This document shows, piece by piece, positions 11,647 through 20,951 of a stretch of DNA of 64,000 bases. The stretch spans positions 62,001-126,000 of the forward strand of contig NZ_SMNA01000010.1 of NCBI RefSeq assembly GCF_004353825.1, read 5' to 3'. The stretch comes from Occultella glacieicola. Its GTDB lineage: Bacteria > Actinomycetota > Actinomycetes > Actinomycetales > Beutenbergiaceae. The notes beneath the pieces are model-generated. The model saw only the letters and a program-made list of their open reading frames with translations, was not told the DNA's origin and did not search any database. The stretch's first letter is position 1. Each line of letters starts with the position of its first letter. The translations under genes were made by a program, and so were the position numbers.

Positions 11647-12987
11647 ATGAGTCACCAGCACACCGAGCTCGACCCCGAGCGTGACCTCGGCGTCAGCGGT
11701 GCTCGTCGGGCCCGCCGCATCCTCGCGGCCTGCGTCCTGCCGCTGCTGATCGCCACGATCATCGGCCTGATCGCGCTGTGGCCGCGCGGCGACACCCCGA
11801 TCGGCTCGCTCGAGAACCCGGTCGAGGGCCCGAACTTCACCACCGCCACCGTGGTGGAGGTGACCGGCGTCCTCGGCGAGGAGGTACGCGCGGAACTGCA
11901 CGACGGCACCGGTCGCATCGTCCCGGTCCAGGTCCCGCCGGAGATCGTGGAGGCAGGCATCGAGGTCGGCGCGCAGATGCGGATCTTCTTCACCGCCAGC
12001 GCGCTCGGTTCCGGCAGCCCGTACGTCTTCGTCGACTTCGTGCGTGACGTGCCCCTGATCATCCTGGGTGTCCTGTACGCCCTCGTGGTGCTCGCGGTCG
12101 CCCGGCTGCGAGGGTTCATGGCGATCGTCGGGCTGCTCGCGAGCCTGGCCGTGGTCGGCGTCTTCCTGATCCCGGCGCTGATGGCCGGCGGCCCGCCGCT
12201 GCTCGTGACGCTCGTCGGCGCCAGCGCGATGATGTTCTTCGCCGTCTACCTCGCGCATGGCATCTCGATCCGGACCACGACGGCGCTGCTCGGCACCTTC
12301 CTCGGCCTCGCCGCCACCACCGCGCTGGCCGCGTGGGCCACCGGTGCGGCGAGTCTGACCGGCGCCAACTCCGACTCCTCGCTGGTATTGAACTCGGTGC
12401 TGCCCGGGGTAAATCTGCGCGACATCCTGCTCTGCGGCATCGTGATCGCCGGGCTCGGCGCCCTCAACGACGTCACCATCACGCAGGCCTCGGCCGTCTG
12501 GGAGCTGCGTGCCGCCTCCCCGGACGCCCCGCTTCGCCAGGTGTTCGCCCGGGCGATGCGGATCGGCCGCGACCACATCGCCTCCACCGTCTACACGCTG
12601 GCGTTCGCCTACGTCGGCACGGCGCTGCCGGTGCTGATGATCGTGATGCTCTATGACCGCTCCCTCGGCAGCACGCTCACGGCCGGTGAGATCGCCGAGG
12701 AGGTGGTGCGGACCCTGGTCTCCTCGATCGGTCTGGTTCTGGCCATCCCGGCGACGACGGCGATCGCGACGCTTCTGGTGCGGTCGTCGCGGGCGCGCGA
12801 CCGGTTCGCCGTCCTCGCGACCTCCGACGGCGATGGTGCGGTCCGTACGGAGCCCGCCGACGGCGATGGTGGGGTCCGTGAACAACTCGCCGACGGCCGT
12901 GGCGCCCACCGGGCCCCGGGTGCTCACCGTGCCGACGGCCCCGGTGCCGCCGAGAACCGTGCCGGGCCGGACGCCGTCGACCGGTAG
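11647..12987 (+). CDS. YibE/F-family membrane protein
   Basis: GALNDVTITQAS, IGRDHIASTVYTLAFAYVG and multiple TM segments. Confidence 0.88.
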   Translation: MSHQHTELDPERDLGVSGARRARRILAACVLPLLIATIIGLIALWPRGDTPIGSLENPVEGPNFTTATVVEVTGVLGEEVRAELHDGTGRIVPVQVPPEIVEAGIEVGAQMRIFFTASALGSGSPYVFVDFVRDVPLIILGVLYALVVLAVARLRGFMAIVGLLASLAVVGVFLIPALMAGGPPLLVTLVGASAMMFFAVYLAHGISIRTTTALLGTFLGLAATTALAAWATGAASLTGANSDSSLVLNSVLPGVNLRDILLCGIVIAGLGALNDVTITQASAVWELRAASPDAPLRQVFARAMRIGRDHIASTVYTLAFAYVGTALPVLMIVMLYDRSLGSTLTAGEIAEEVVRTLVSSIGLVLAIPATTAIATLLVRSSRARDRFAVLATSDGDGAVRTEPADGDGGVREQLADGRGAHRAPGAHRADGPGAAENRAGPDAVDR

Positions 12988-13095
12988 TTCTGGACGCCAG
13001 CACGCCGCCCGCGCGGCGACGTAGGCCTGCGCGCCCGAAGCAGGACGTCCTGTCGGACTGCCTCGGGCGGGACGGACTGCCCCGGCGGGAATCGC

Positions 13096-13135
13096 ATCGT
13101 CAAACCGGTTGACCGACGATCGTCAAACCGGTTAG
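13096..13135. promoter_or_regulatory. Tandem LacI-type operators (ATCGTCAAACCGGTT x2)
   Basis: Two copies 23 bp apart, each with an AACCGGTT palindromic core, upstream of the LacI gene. Confidence 0.7.
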
Positions 13136-13177
13136 CCTGAGGCCCTCAGAGCGGAACTCAGTGTCGAGGAGCTTGAT

Positions 13178-14203
13178 GTGGCGAAGCCGACGATCGGTGA
13201 CGTCGCCCGCGTGGCGGGCGTCACCCGGGCGACGGTCTCGCACGCCTACAGCGGCAAGCGACCGATCTCGGCGCCGACGAAGGAGCGCGTGTTCGAGGCG
13301 GCCGAGTCCCTCGGCTGGGTACCCAGCCACAGTGCCCGCGCGCTCGCGACCAGGCGCGCGAACGCCGTCGGGATGGTGATCGCCCGCGACCCGGGCGTGA
13401 TCGCCTCGGACTCCTTCTTCCCGGCGTTCATCGCCGGGCTCGAGTCGGGGCTCGCCGATGCCGAGGTGGCTCTGTTGCTGCAGGTGGCGGCGTCGCGGTC
13501 CGCGGAGGAGCGGGCCTACCGGTCGATGGCGCACGGCAAGGCGGACGGCGTGATCGTCGTGGACCTGCGCCGCTCGGACTGGCGGGTCCCGTTCCTGGCC
13601 GACCTCGGATCGACGGCGGTGCTCCTGGGCGCCTACGAGCAGGAGAGCCCGTTCTCCTGCGTCCGCAGCGACGACGCGGTCCAGGTCCGCCAACTGATCG
13701 ACCACCTGCGTGGACTCGGCCACGAACGGATCGCGCTCGTGTCCGGTCCTCTCGACTACGTGCACTCGCACGCCCGGGCCCGCGCCTACGTCGCGGAGGT
13801 GGGCTCGGAGGAGTTGCTGCGGGAGGGCGACTTCGGGGCGGCCAGCGGCCGTGACCTCACCGCGGACCTGCTCGACCTGGCGGACCGACCCACCGCGGTG
13901 CTCTACGCCAACGACACGATGGCGATCGCCGGCCTTTCCCTGGCACGCAGCCGCGAGTTCAGGGTCCCCGACGACGTGGCCCTCGCGGGCTTCGACGACG
14001 ATCACCTCTCCGCGCACCTGTCCCCGGCCCTGACCTCCGTCGCGACCGACCCGTTCCGGCGTGGTCGGATCACGGCAGAGGTACTCCTGGCCGACATCGA
14101 CGGCGCCACCCCACGGTCCGTCGAGCTCGACTGCAACGAACTGCGACTGCGCGCCAGCACAGCCGCGCCAGCACCAACAATCGCTCAAGGAGGAGACCGA
14201 TGA
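13178..14203 (+). CDS. LacI-family transcriptional regulator
   Basis: PTIGDVARVAGVTRATVS HTH plus a sugar-binding domain (GFDD, PALTSV). Confidence 0.93.
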   Translation: MAKPTIGDVARVAGVTRATVSHAYSGKRPISAPTKERVFEAAESLGWVPSHSARALATRRANAVGMVIARDPGVIASDSFFPAFIAGLESGLADAEVALLLQVAASRSAEERAYRSMAHGKADGVIVVDLRRSDWRVPFLADLGSTAVLLGAYEQESPFSCVRSDDAVQVRQLIDHLRGLGHERIALVSGPLDYVHSHARARAYVAEVGSEELLREGDFGAASGRDLTADLLDLADRPTAVLYANDTMAIAGLSLARSREFRVPDDVALAGFDDDHLSAHLSPALTSVATDPFRRGRITAEVLLADIDGATPRSVELDCNELRLRASTAAPAPTIAQGGDR

Positions 14204-15483
14204 AGAAGACCACACGTACGCTCGCGGTGATCGGGGCCGTGGCCCTGCTCGCCGCCGGATGCTCCGGAGGTGACGGAGGTGACGGCGGCAACGGCGGCGA
14301 CGCCGGCGGCACCGGGCCGATCGACATCTGGCTCTCGAACAACGAGGCCGAGCTCGCCTGGGGCAACGCCGTCGTGGAGGCCTGGAACGCCGAGCACCCG
14401 GACGAGCAGGTGACCGCTCAGGAGATCCCGGCAGGGGCGTCCTCCGAGGAGGCGATCACCGCGGCGATCACGGCCGGCACCGCGCCATGCCTGGTCTACA
14501 ACATCGCCAACGCCGCCGTCTCCGGCTGGGTCCGCCAGGGTGGCCTGGTCAACCTGTCCGAGTTCGAGGACGGGGACTCCTACATCACCGACCGCGGTGG
14601 CGAGAACGTCACCAGCTACCAGACCGACGGGGCTTTCTACCAGCTCCCGTGGAAGTCCAACCCGGTGATGGTCATGTACAACAAGACCGTCTTCGCGGCC
14701 GCCGGGCTCGACCCCGAGAACCCCGGGATGGCTACGTTCGACGAGTTCCTCGACGGCTCCCGGCAGATCGTCTCCTCCGGCGCGGCACAGAGCGCCATCT
14801 GGCCCTCACCGACGAGCGAGTTCTACCAGCCCTGGTTCGACTTCTACCCGCTCTACCTCGCCGAGACCGGCGGCACGATGCTCGTCGAGGACGGCGCGGC
14901 CACCTTCAACTCCGACGAGGGTCGGACGGTCGCGGAGTTCTGGGCGACCATGTACTCCGAGGGGCTCTCGCCGCAGGAGGCGTCCACGGACGACGCGATG
15001 TCCGCGGGCACTACCGCGATGCAGCTCGCCGGGCCGTGGGCGATCGCCTCGTACGCCGAGAGTGTCGACGTCGGGTTCATGCCGGTGCCGTCCTCCAGCG
15101 GGGCGGAGGACGTGTTCACGTTCGCCGACTCCAAGAACATCTCGATGTTCACGGCATGCGAGAACCAGGCCACCGCCTGGGAGTTCCTGAAGTTCTCCAC
15201 GAGCGAGGACAGCGACGGCCAGCTCCTGGAGAACACCGGGCAGATGCCGATCCGCACGGACCTGGCCACCACGTTCGGCGACTACTTCGCGGCCAACCCG
15301 ATCTACGAGTCTTTCGCCAGCCAGACCGAACGCGTCGCCGACGTGCCGAGCATCGACAACTCGGTCGAGGTATGGCAGGTGTTCCGGGACGAGTACTCCT
15401 CGGCGGTGATCTTCGGCAGCGAGTCCGTCGATGACTTCCTCACCAACGCCGAGACCGAGATCAACGGCCTCGTCGGCGGCTGA
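14200..15483 (+). CDS. Carbohydrate ABC transporter substrate-binding lipoprotein
   Basis: Lipobox AAGC, MYNKTVFAAAGLDP and AWEFLKF. Confidence 0.9.
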   Translation: MKKTTRTLAVIGAVALLAAGCSGGDGGDGGNGGDAGGTGPIDIWLSNNEAELAWGNAVVEAWNAEHPDEQVTAQEIPAGASSEEAITAAITAGTAPCLVYNIANAAVSGWVRQGGLVNLSEFEDGDSYITDRGGENVTSYQTDGAFYQLPWKSNPVMVMYNKTVFAAAGLDPENPGMATFDEFLDGSRQIVSSGAAQSAIWPSPTSEFYQPWFDFYPLYLAETGGTMLVEDGAATFNSDEGRTVAEFWATMYSEGLSPQEASTDDAMSAGTTAMQLAGPWAIASYAESVDVGFMPVPSSSGAEDVFTFADSKNISMFTACENQATAWEFLKFSTSEDSDGQLLENTGQMPIRTDLATTFGDYFAANPIYESFASQTERVADVPSIDNSVEVWQVFRDEYSSAVIFGSESVDDFLTNAETEINGLVGG

Positions 15484-15484
15484 C

Positions 15485-16390
15485 GTGACCACGACGACCC
15501 GGCTGCGCACCCCACGCCGTCCGTGGTGGGGTGCGCAGCCGATCGGCACCCTGTTCGCGCTGCCGTACCTGGTGTTCGTCGTGGTGGTGTTCGTCTACCC
15601 GTTGTTCTTCGCGGTCTACATCGCGTTCCACGACTACATCTTCACGGCGCCGGGGGTCTCGGTGCCCACCCCGTTCGTGGGGTTCGACAACTTCGTCGAC
15701 GTCCTCACCGACTCGGCGGTCCTCGAGGCGTTCCGGAACACCGGCGTGTTCCTGGTCATCTTCGTACCGCTCACCGTGGTGCTCTCCCTGGTGCTCGCCA
15801 CGGCCCTGAACGCGGGGATCCGGTTCGTCTCGGCCTACCGGGTCGCGTTCTACGTGCCGTACCTGACCGCGAGCGTGTCCCTGGTGGGCGTCTGGATGCT
15901 GTTGTTCTCCCAGAACGGGCTCATCAACACGGTCCTCGGGCCGCTCGCGCCCGACCCGTCCTGGCTCGTGAACTCGGGGCTGGCGATGCCCACGATCGCC
16001 CTGTACGTCACCTGGAAGCAGCTGGGCTTCTACATCCTGCTCTACCTCGCTGCCCTGCAGAACATCCCCAAGGAGCTGTACGAGTCCGCCGCCACCGACG
16101 GCGCCACCATGCGCCAGCGGTTCCTGAACGTGACCGTGCCCGGCGTCCGGACCACCACCACCCTGGTGCTGATCCTGGCGATCATCCTCGGCGCGAACCT
16201 GTTCACCGAGCCCTACCTGCTCACCAACGGCGGCGGGCCCGACGGCGCGAGCACCACGCCGGTGCTGCTCATCTACCAGAAGGGCATCCAGCAGCAGAAC
16301 CCGGACACCGCGTCCGCGATCGGGATGCTCCTCGTGGTCGCCGTCGGGCTGCTGTCCCTGGCCGCCAGCCGCCTGAACCGGGAGACGTGA
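15485..16390 (+). CDS. Carbohydrate ABC transporter permease
   Basis: EAA-like motif LYESAATDGA and TM helices. Confidence 0.9.
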   Translation: MTTTTRLRTPRRPWWGAQPIGTLFALPYLVFVVVVFVYPLFFAVYIAFHDYIFTAPGVSVPTPFVGFDNFVDVLTDSAVLEAFRNTGVFLVIFVPLTVVLSLVLATALNAGIRFVSAYRVAFYVPYLTASVSLVGVWMLLFSQNGLINTVLGPLAPDPSWLVNSGLAMPTIALYVTWKQLGFYILLYLAALQNIPKELYESAATDGATMRQRFLNVTVPGVRTTTTLVLILAIILGANLFTEPYLLTNGGGPDGASTTPVLLIYQKGIQQQNPDTASAIGMLLVVAVGLLSLAASRLNRET

Positions 16391-16391
16391 C

Positions 16392-17231
16392 ATGAGGACG
16401 AAGCGCAGAACCATCGGTTGGTGGCGCTACCTGCTGCTCACCCTGGCCGCACTGGCGTTCGCGTTCCCGTTCTACTTCATGGTGGTCGGTGCGTTCCAGG
16501 TGAGCCCCACGAACTCGCCGGCCTCGCTGGTGCCGACGGCCGGCTGGACCACCCAGAACTTCTCGGCCATCAACAGCCGGCTCGACCTGGTCGGCTCGCT
16601 GCTCAACTCGCTGATCTTCACGACCGGTGTGCTGCTCGGCACGGTCGTGTTCGGGCTGCTCGCCGGGTACGCCTTGGCCCGCCTGGACTTCCGGGGCAAG
16701 TCGGCCACCTGGGTGCTCATGCTGCTCATCCAGATGGTGCCGTTCCAGCTCCTGATGATCCCGCTGTACGTCCAGGTGACCCGCACCTACGGCCTCGGGG
16801 ACAGCTACCTCGGGATGATCCTGCCGTTCGCGATCAACACCACGGCCGTGTTCATCTTCACCCAGTTCTTCCGCGCCCTCCCGCAGGAGGTCTTCGAGGC
16901 CGCCCGGATCGACGGCGCGAGCGAACTGCGGATCCTGCGGTCGGTCGCAGTCCCGCTCGTGCGGCCGGCCCTGGTCACCGTGCTCCTGGTGACGTTCATC
17001 GGCCCGTGGAACGAGTTCCTGTGGCCGTTCCTGATCACCAAGGACGTCACCATGCAGCCGCTGGCCGTCTCGCTGGCGAACTACATCAGCAACGTGGCCC
17101 AGTCCACCGCGAACGCGAACGGGGCGATCCTCGCCGGCGCCGCCACCCTGGCGTTCCCGGTGGTCATCCTGTTCTGCATCTTCCAGCGCTACTTCACCGC
17201 GTCCGAGATCGGCTCCGCCGTCAAGGGCTGA
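16392..17231 (+). CDS. Carbohydrate ABC transporter permease
   Basis: FEAARIDGASE and WNEFLWP; ends GSAVKG. Confidence 0.92.
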   Translation: MRTKRRTIGWWRYLLLTLAALAFAFPFYFMVVGAFQVSPTNSPASLVPTAGWTTQNFSAINSRLDLVGSLLNSLIFTTGVLLGTVVFGLLAGYALARLDFRGKSATWVLMLLIQMVPFQLLMIPLYVQVTRTYGLGDSYLGMILPFAINTTAVFIFTQFFRALPQEVFEAARIDGASELRILRSVAVPLVRPALVTVLLVTFIGPWNEFLWPFLITKDVTMQPLAVSLANYISNVAQSTANANGAILAGAATLAFPVVILFCIFQRYFTASEIGSAVKG

Positions 17232-17240
17232 GAGGAATCC

Positions 17241-18233
17241 ATGTTCACCGAGGCCGCCTTCCCGTTGGGCCCGTTCGTGCCCTACGACGGCAACCCGATC
17301 CTGCGCCCGAAGGGCGACAGCTGGGAATCGTCCAACCTGTACAACCCCGCCGCCCTCGTGGACGGTGACGAGGTGCTGCTGCTCTACCGGGCGCACGCCG
17401 AGGACATCGTCTCCCATATCGGCCTGGCCCGAAGTTCCGACGGGTACACGTTCGAACGCGAGGACGCGCCGATCTTCTCCCCGGAGGAGGACTACGAGCG
17501 GTTCGGTGCCGAGGACCCACGGATCGTCCTGATCGAGGGCACCTACTACCTGACCTACACCGGGTGGGACCGCCGCAGCGCGCAACTGTGCCTGGCCACC
17601 TCGACCGACCTGCGCACCTGGCGCAGGCACGGCCCGATCTTCGACGACTTCGACACGTTCGCGACCGTCGACCCGCGCGGGCACAACTGGTCCAAGGCCG
17701 GAGTCATCGTCCCGATGAAGATGCAGGGCAGGTGGTGGATGTACTTCGGCGAGGGGGCGATCTACTGGGCCACCAGCGACGACCTGATCCACTGGACGCC
17801 CGGCACGCCCGACACCGAACCGATGTACGCCCCCACGCCCGGCTCCTTCGACGCCGACCTCGTCGAGATCGGCACCTCCCCGGTGCTGTCGGCGAACGGG
17901 CTGCTCGTGTTCCTCACGAACGGGGCGACCCGCACCGTGCACTCCGACGGCCGGGTGGACGTGGACTACCGCTGCGGCCAGATCGCCATCGACCCGGACG
18001 ACCCGACCACCGTCATCGCCCGGATGCAGGTGCCGTGGCTGCGCCCGCAGACGTTCGAGGACCGGCACGGCCTGGTCTCCAACGTCACGTTCGTCGAGGG
18101 CCTGGTCTCCTTCCACGGCAAGTGGTTCGCCTACTACGGGCAGTCCGACACCACGCTCGCCGTCGCCGTGCACGACCCCGCCCAGCCCTGGGGTGCGCAG
18201 CTGCGCACCGCCCTCGAACCCAAGGAGCAGTGA
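17241..18233 (+). CDS. GH130-family beta-mannoside glycoside hydrolase/phosphorylase
   Basis: YNPAA, LLYRA, GAEDPRI, YYLTYT, NVTFVEGL and YYGQSD beta-propeller motifs. Confidence 0.85.
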   Translation: MFTEAAFPLGPFVPYDGNPILRPKGDSWESSNLYNPAALVDGDEVLLLYRAHAEDIVSHIGLARSSDGYTFEREDAPIFSPEEDYERFGAEDPRIVLIEGTYYLTYTGWDRRSAQLCLATSTDLRTWRRHGPIFDDFDTFATVDPRGHNWSKAGVIVPMKMQGRWWMYFGEGAIYWATSDDLIHWTPGTPDTEPMYAPTPGSFDADLVEIGTSPVLSANGLLVFLTNGATRTVHSDGRVDVDYRCGQIAIDPDDPTTVIARMQVPWLRPQTFEDRHGLVSNVTFVEGLVSFHGKWFAYYGQSDTTLAVAVHDPAQPWGAQLRTALEPKEQ

Positions 18234-20230
18234 TGCTGACCTCCCGCCGTACCTTCCTGGCCACGCTCGCCGCAGCGGGCGCCGCCGGTGCCGTCGGCGC
18301 CGACGCCGCGGCCGCCGTCGCCCGGCCTTCCGGCGGACCCACCCGCTTGACCAACCTCGACCACCTGCGGTTCCTGCTCGACGAGGTGCCGCTCACGCCG
18401 TCGACGGCGCACACCACCTTCCGTATCGACGCGGAGCCGGTCGCGTTGGCGCCCTGGACGTACGCGGACGCCGACGGCGGATCGTTCCGTCGGGTGGGCG
18501 GCGGGACCTTCGATCCGGCCACCGGCTACTACGGCCAGGGTGCGTTCAACGCCGACGACATCGCCCGGGCCGCCGTCGTGTTCCTGCGCGACTGGCAGGC
18601 CTCGGGGGACACCCGCAGCCGCACCCACGCCTACGAGAACCTGCGGGCCCTGGCCTACCTGCAGACCGTCGACGGGGCCAACGCCGGCCGGGTGGTCCTC
18701 TGGCAGCAGTTCGACGGCACCCTGAACCCGAGCGCGGAACCGGTCGAGCTGCCCGACCCCTCGGACTCCGCGGAGTCCTACTGGCTGGCCCGCACGGTCT
18801 GGGCCTTCGGCGAGGGGTACGCCGGGTTCGCGGGTGAGGACCTCGAGTTCGCCGCGTTCCTGCGCGACCGATTGCACCTGGCACTGGACGCCCTCGAGGA
18901 GGAGTCGCTGTCCCGGTACGGCGAGTTCGTCACGAGCGACGGCGTGGACCTGCCGGCCTGGCTCATCAACGGTGGCGCCGACGCCACCGCCGAGGCCGTG
19001 CTCGGTCTGGTCGCGGCGCACGCGAGCGGGCCCGACGACCGGGTCGGCGCCGCCCTCGAACGCTACGCCGAGGGCATCGCGGCCATGGGCACCGAGAGGG
19101 CGCAGTGGCCGTTCGGGGCGGTCCTGCCCTGGACCGGGTCCCTGGGGTTCTGGCACGCCTGGGGTGGCGCCGCGCCCGAGGCCCTCGCGCTCGCCGGCGA
19201 CGCACTGGGCCGCGACGACCTCCTCGAGGTCGCGCTCGCGGACGCCGGCACGTTCACCCCGCTGGTGCTCTCCAGCGGCGGACCCAACAACGCCTGGGCG
19301 CCGCTACCGGCCGAGGCCCAGATCGCCTACGGCGCGCACGGGCGGGTCGCTGCTGCCCTGGCCACGGCCGACGCCGGCGGTGGACCCGGGCTCCGGGAGC
19401 TCGCCGGCCTGGCGGCCGGCTGGTTCTTCGGCGCGAACACCGCCGGCACCGTCGTCTACGACCCGGCCACCGGCGTCACGTTCGACGGCGTCGAGACGGA
19501 CGGGCGGATCAACCGCAATTCCGGTGCGGAATCGACCATCCACGGCCAGTTGACCATGCTCGCCCTGGACGCCCACCCGGACGTGGCCACGCTCGCTCGC
19601 TCGATCACGTCCCTGCGTGCGTACTCCGGAGTCACTGCGCTCGACGCCGAGACCGCCAGGTTCAGCTCCGGGTGCACCGTGGTGACGCCGAGCGGTGGGG
19701 CCTGGATGGGCGAGGGAAACCTCTCCGGTGGCGCCTACCTGCAGGTACCGGCAGGGGAGTGGGTCGAGTTCGACCTCGACGCCGAGGACGAGACGTTCGT
19801 CTACCCGATCGTGTGGCGCCACGAGGCCGCGGCCGGTGCCGCCCGATGGAGCATCGTCGGTGGGCCGGACCTGGGCCTCACCTCCAACGGCGGCACCGGC
19901 GCGGCCGGCCTGACCGAGGTGCCCGGCAGCCTCGTCCCGCAGGCGCTCGACGAGCCGGTCCCGGCCGGGGCCGTCACCGTCCGCTGCGAGAGCGACGGCG
20001 ACCTACGGCTCGACGCGCTGCTGCTGCGCCCGCACGTGGCCGCCGCGCACTACGACACGACCGGCGCCGACGTGGTGCTGTATGTGAACGCCGGCGACCG
20101 GGTCACCCTGAGTCCTGCGCTCGCCGGCGGCACGGCCCGCGCGTACACGAGCACGGGCAAGCAGCGCGGCCAGATGCGCGCCGGCCGCAAGGTTCGCGTG
20201 GTCGAGGGCGGCTTCACGATCAGCCGCTGA
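18233..20230 (+). CDS. Tat-exported hypothetical protein (possible carbohydrate-active enzyme)
   Basis: MLTSRRTFL twin-arginine signal; NADDIARA and NRNSGAESTI blocks; coupled to GH130 by TGATG. Confidence 0.75.
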   Translation: MLTSRRTFLATLAAAGAAGAVGADAAAAVARPSGGPTRLTNLDHLRFLLDEVPLTPSTAHTTFRIDAEPVALAPWTYADADGGSFRRVGGGTFDPATGYYGQGAFNADDIARAAVVFLRDWQASGDTRSRTHAYENLRALAYLQTVDGANAGRVVLWQQFDGTLNPSAEPVELPDPSDSAESYWLARTVWAFGEGYAGFAGEDLEFAAFLRDRLHLALDALEEESLSRYGEFVTSDGVDLPAWLINGGADATAEAVLGLVAAHASGPDDRVGAALERYAEGIAAMGTERAQWPFGAVLPWTGSLGFWHAWGGAAPEALALAGDALGRDDLLEVALADAGTFTPLVLSSGGPNNAWAPLPAEAQIAYGAHGRVAAALATADAGGGPGLRELAGLAAGWFFGANTAGTVVYDPATGVTFDGVETDGRINRNSGAESTIHGQLTMLALDAHPDVATLARSITSLRAYSGVTALDAETARFSSGCTVVTPSGGAWMGEGNLSGGAYLQVPAGEWVEFDLDAEDETFVYPIVWRHEAAAGAARWSIVGGPDLGLTSNGGTGAAGLTEVPGSLVPQALDEPVPAGAVTVRCESDGDLRLDALLLRPHVAAAHYDTTGADVVLYVNAGDRVTLSPALAGGTARAYTSTGKQRGQMRAGRKVRVVEGGFTISR

Positions 20231-20396
20231 ATTTCCTCCGGTGCGCTGACGTCCCGACGGGATGTGTGCCTTGTCTGCGGAGGTTGTGGATCTGAGTCCT
20301 CCGTGCCATGGTTCGGCCATCAGGCCACCAATACAGGAGTTGATCTTGCGACGCTGCAAGGCCGTTTCGTCGGTTCCCGGTCGCCCTGGCTGAAAA

Positions 20397-20849
20397 TTGA
20401 ATGACGATATTCAGCCGGTCAAGGCCCGCGAGAGTTCCCGAGCGTCGAATCCCACTTTCGGCTCGGCGTGGCTGAAGGACGAGATGAGCCGAGGGAGTGG
20501 CGTACCTGACGAGGTCTCGAGCAAGAGACTGCGTCGTGGTTTGGTTGTCCTCGCCGCGATCCTCACCATGGTGCTCGCGGTGGTCTGGATCGTCGTGGTT
20601 CCCCGCGAGGCCATCTGCCCCGCGGCTGGTGGCCCTGCTTCTTGCACACAGGAGACAAGAACGGCGGCCGGCTTGCGGTGGAGTTTCGTGATCGTCGCCT
20701 GCTACGTCGTCGCGACGTCCGTGCTGCTGATTGGACGTCGCTCTCTTCGCGTCCTACTGCCGACGACAGTCGCCGTCTTCCTCCTGGTCTGTTTGTTCGC
20801 ACTGGGCATGGTGTCTTCGTCGACCGGATTCGCAATTCAGCGGTGGTAG
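20397..20849 (+). CDS. Hypothetical membrane protein (3 TM), atypical codon usage
   Basis: Three hydrophobic segments and a Cys pair in the loop. Start uncertain. Confidence 0.55.
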   Translation: MNDDIQPVKARESSRASNPTFGSAWLKDEMSRGSGVPDEVSSKRLRRGLVVLAAILTMVLAVVWIVVVPREAICPAAGGPASCTQETRTAAGLRWSFVIVACYVVATSVLLIGRRSLRVLLPTTVAVFLLVCLFALGMVSSSTGFAIQRW

Positions 20850-20951
20850 GTCGGCCACGGCGGTTGGGGCGACCCCGCGCGTTGGCGAGATCACAGCGCG
20901 AGCGAGCCCACGCCGTCGGGCATCGACCGGGACACCTGAGACAATCGGGAG

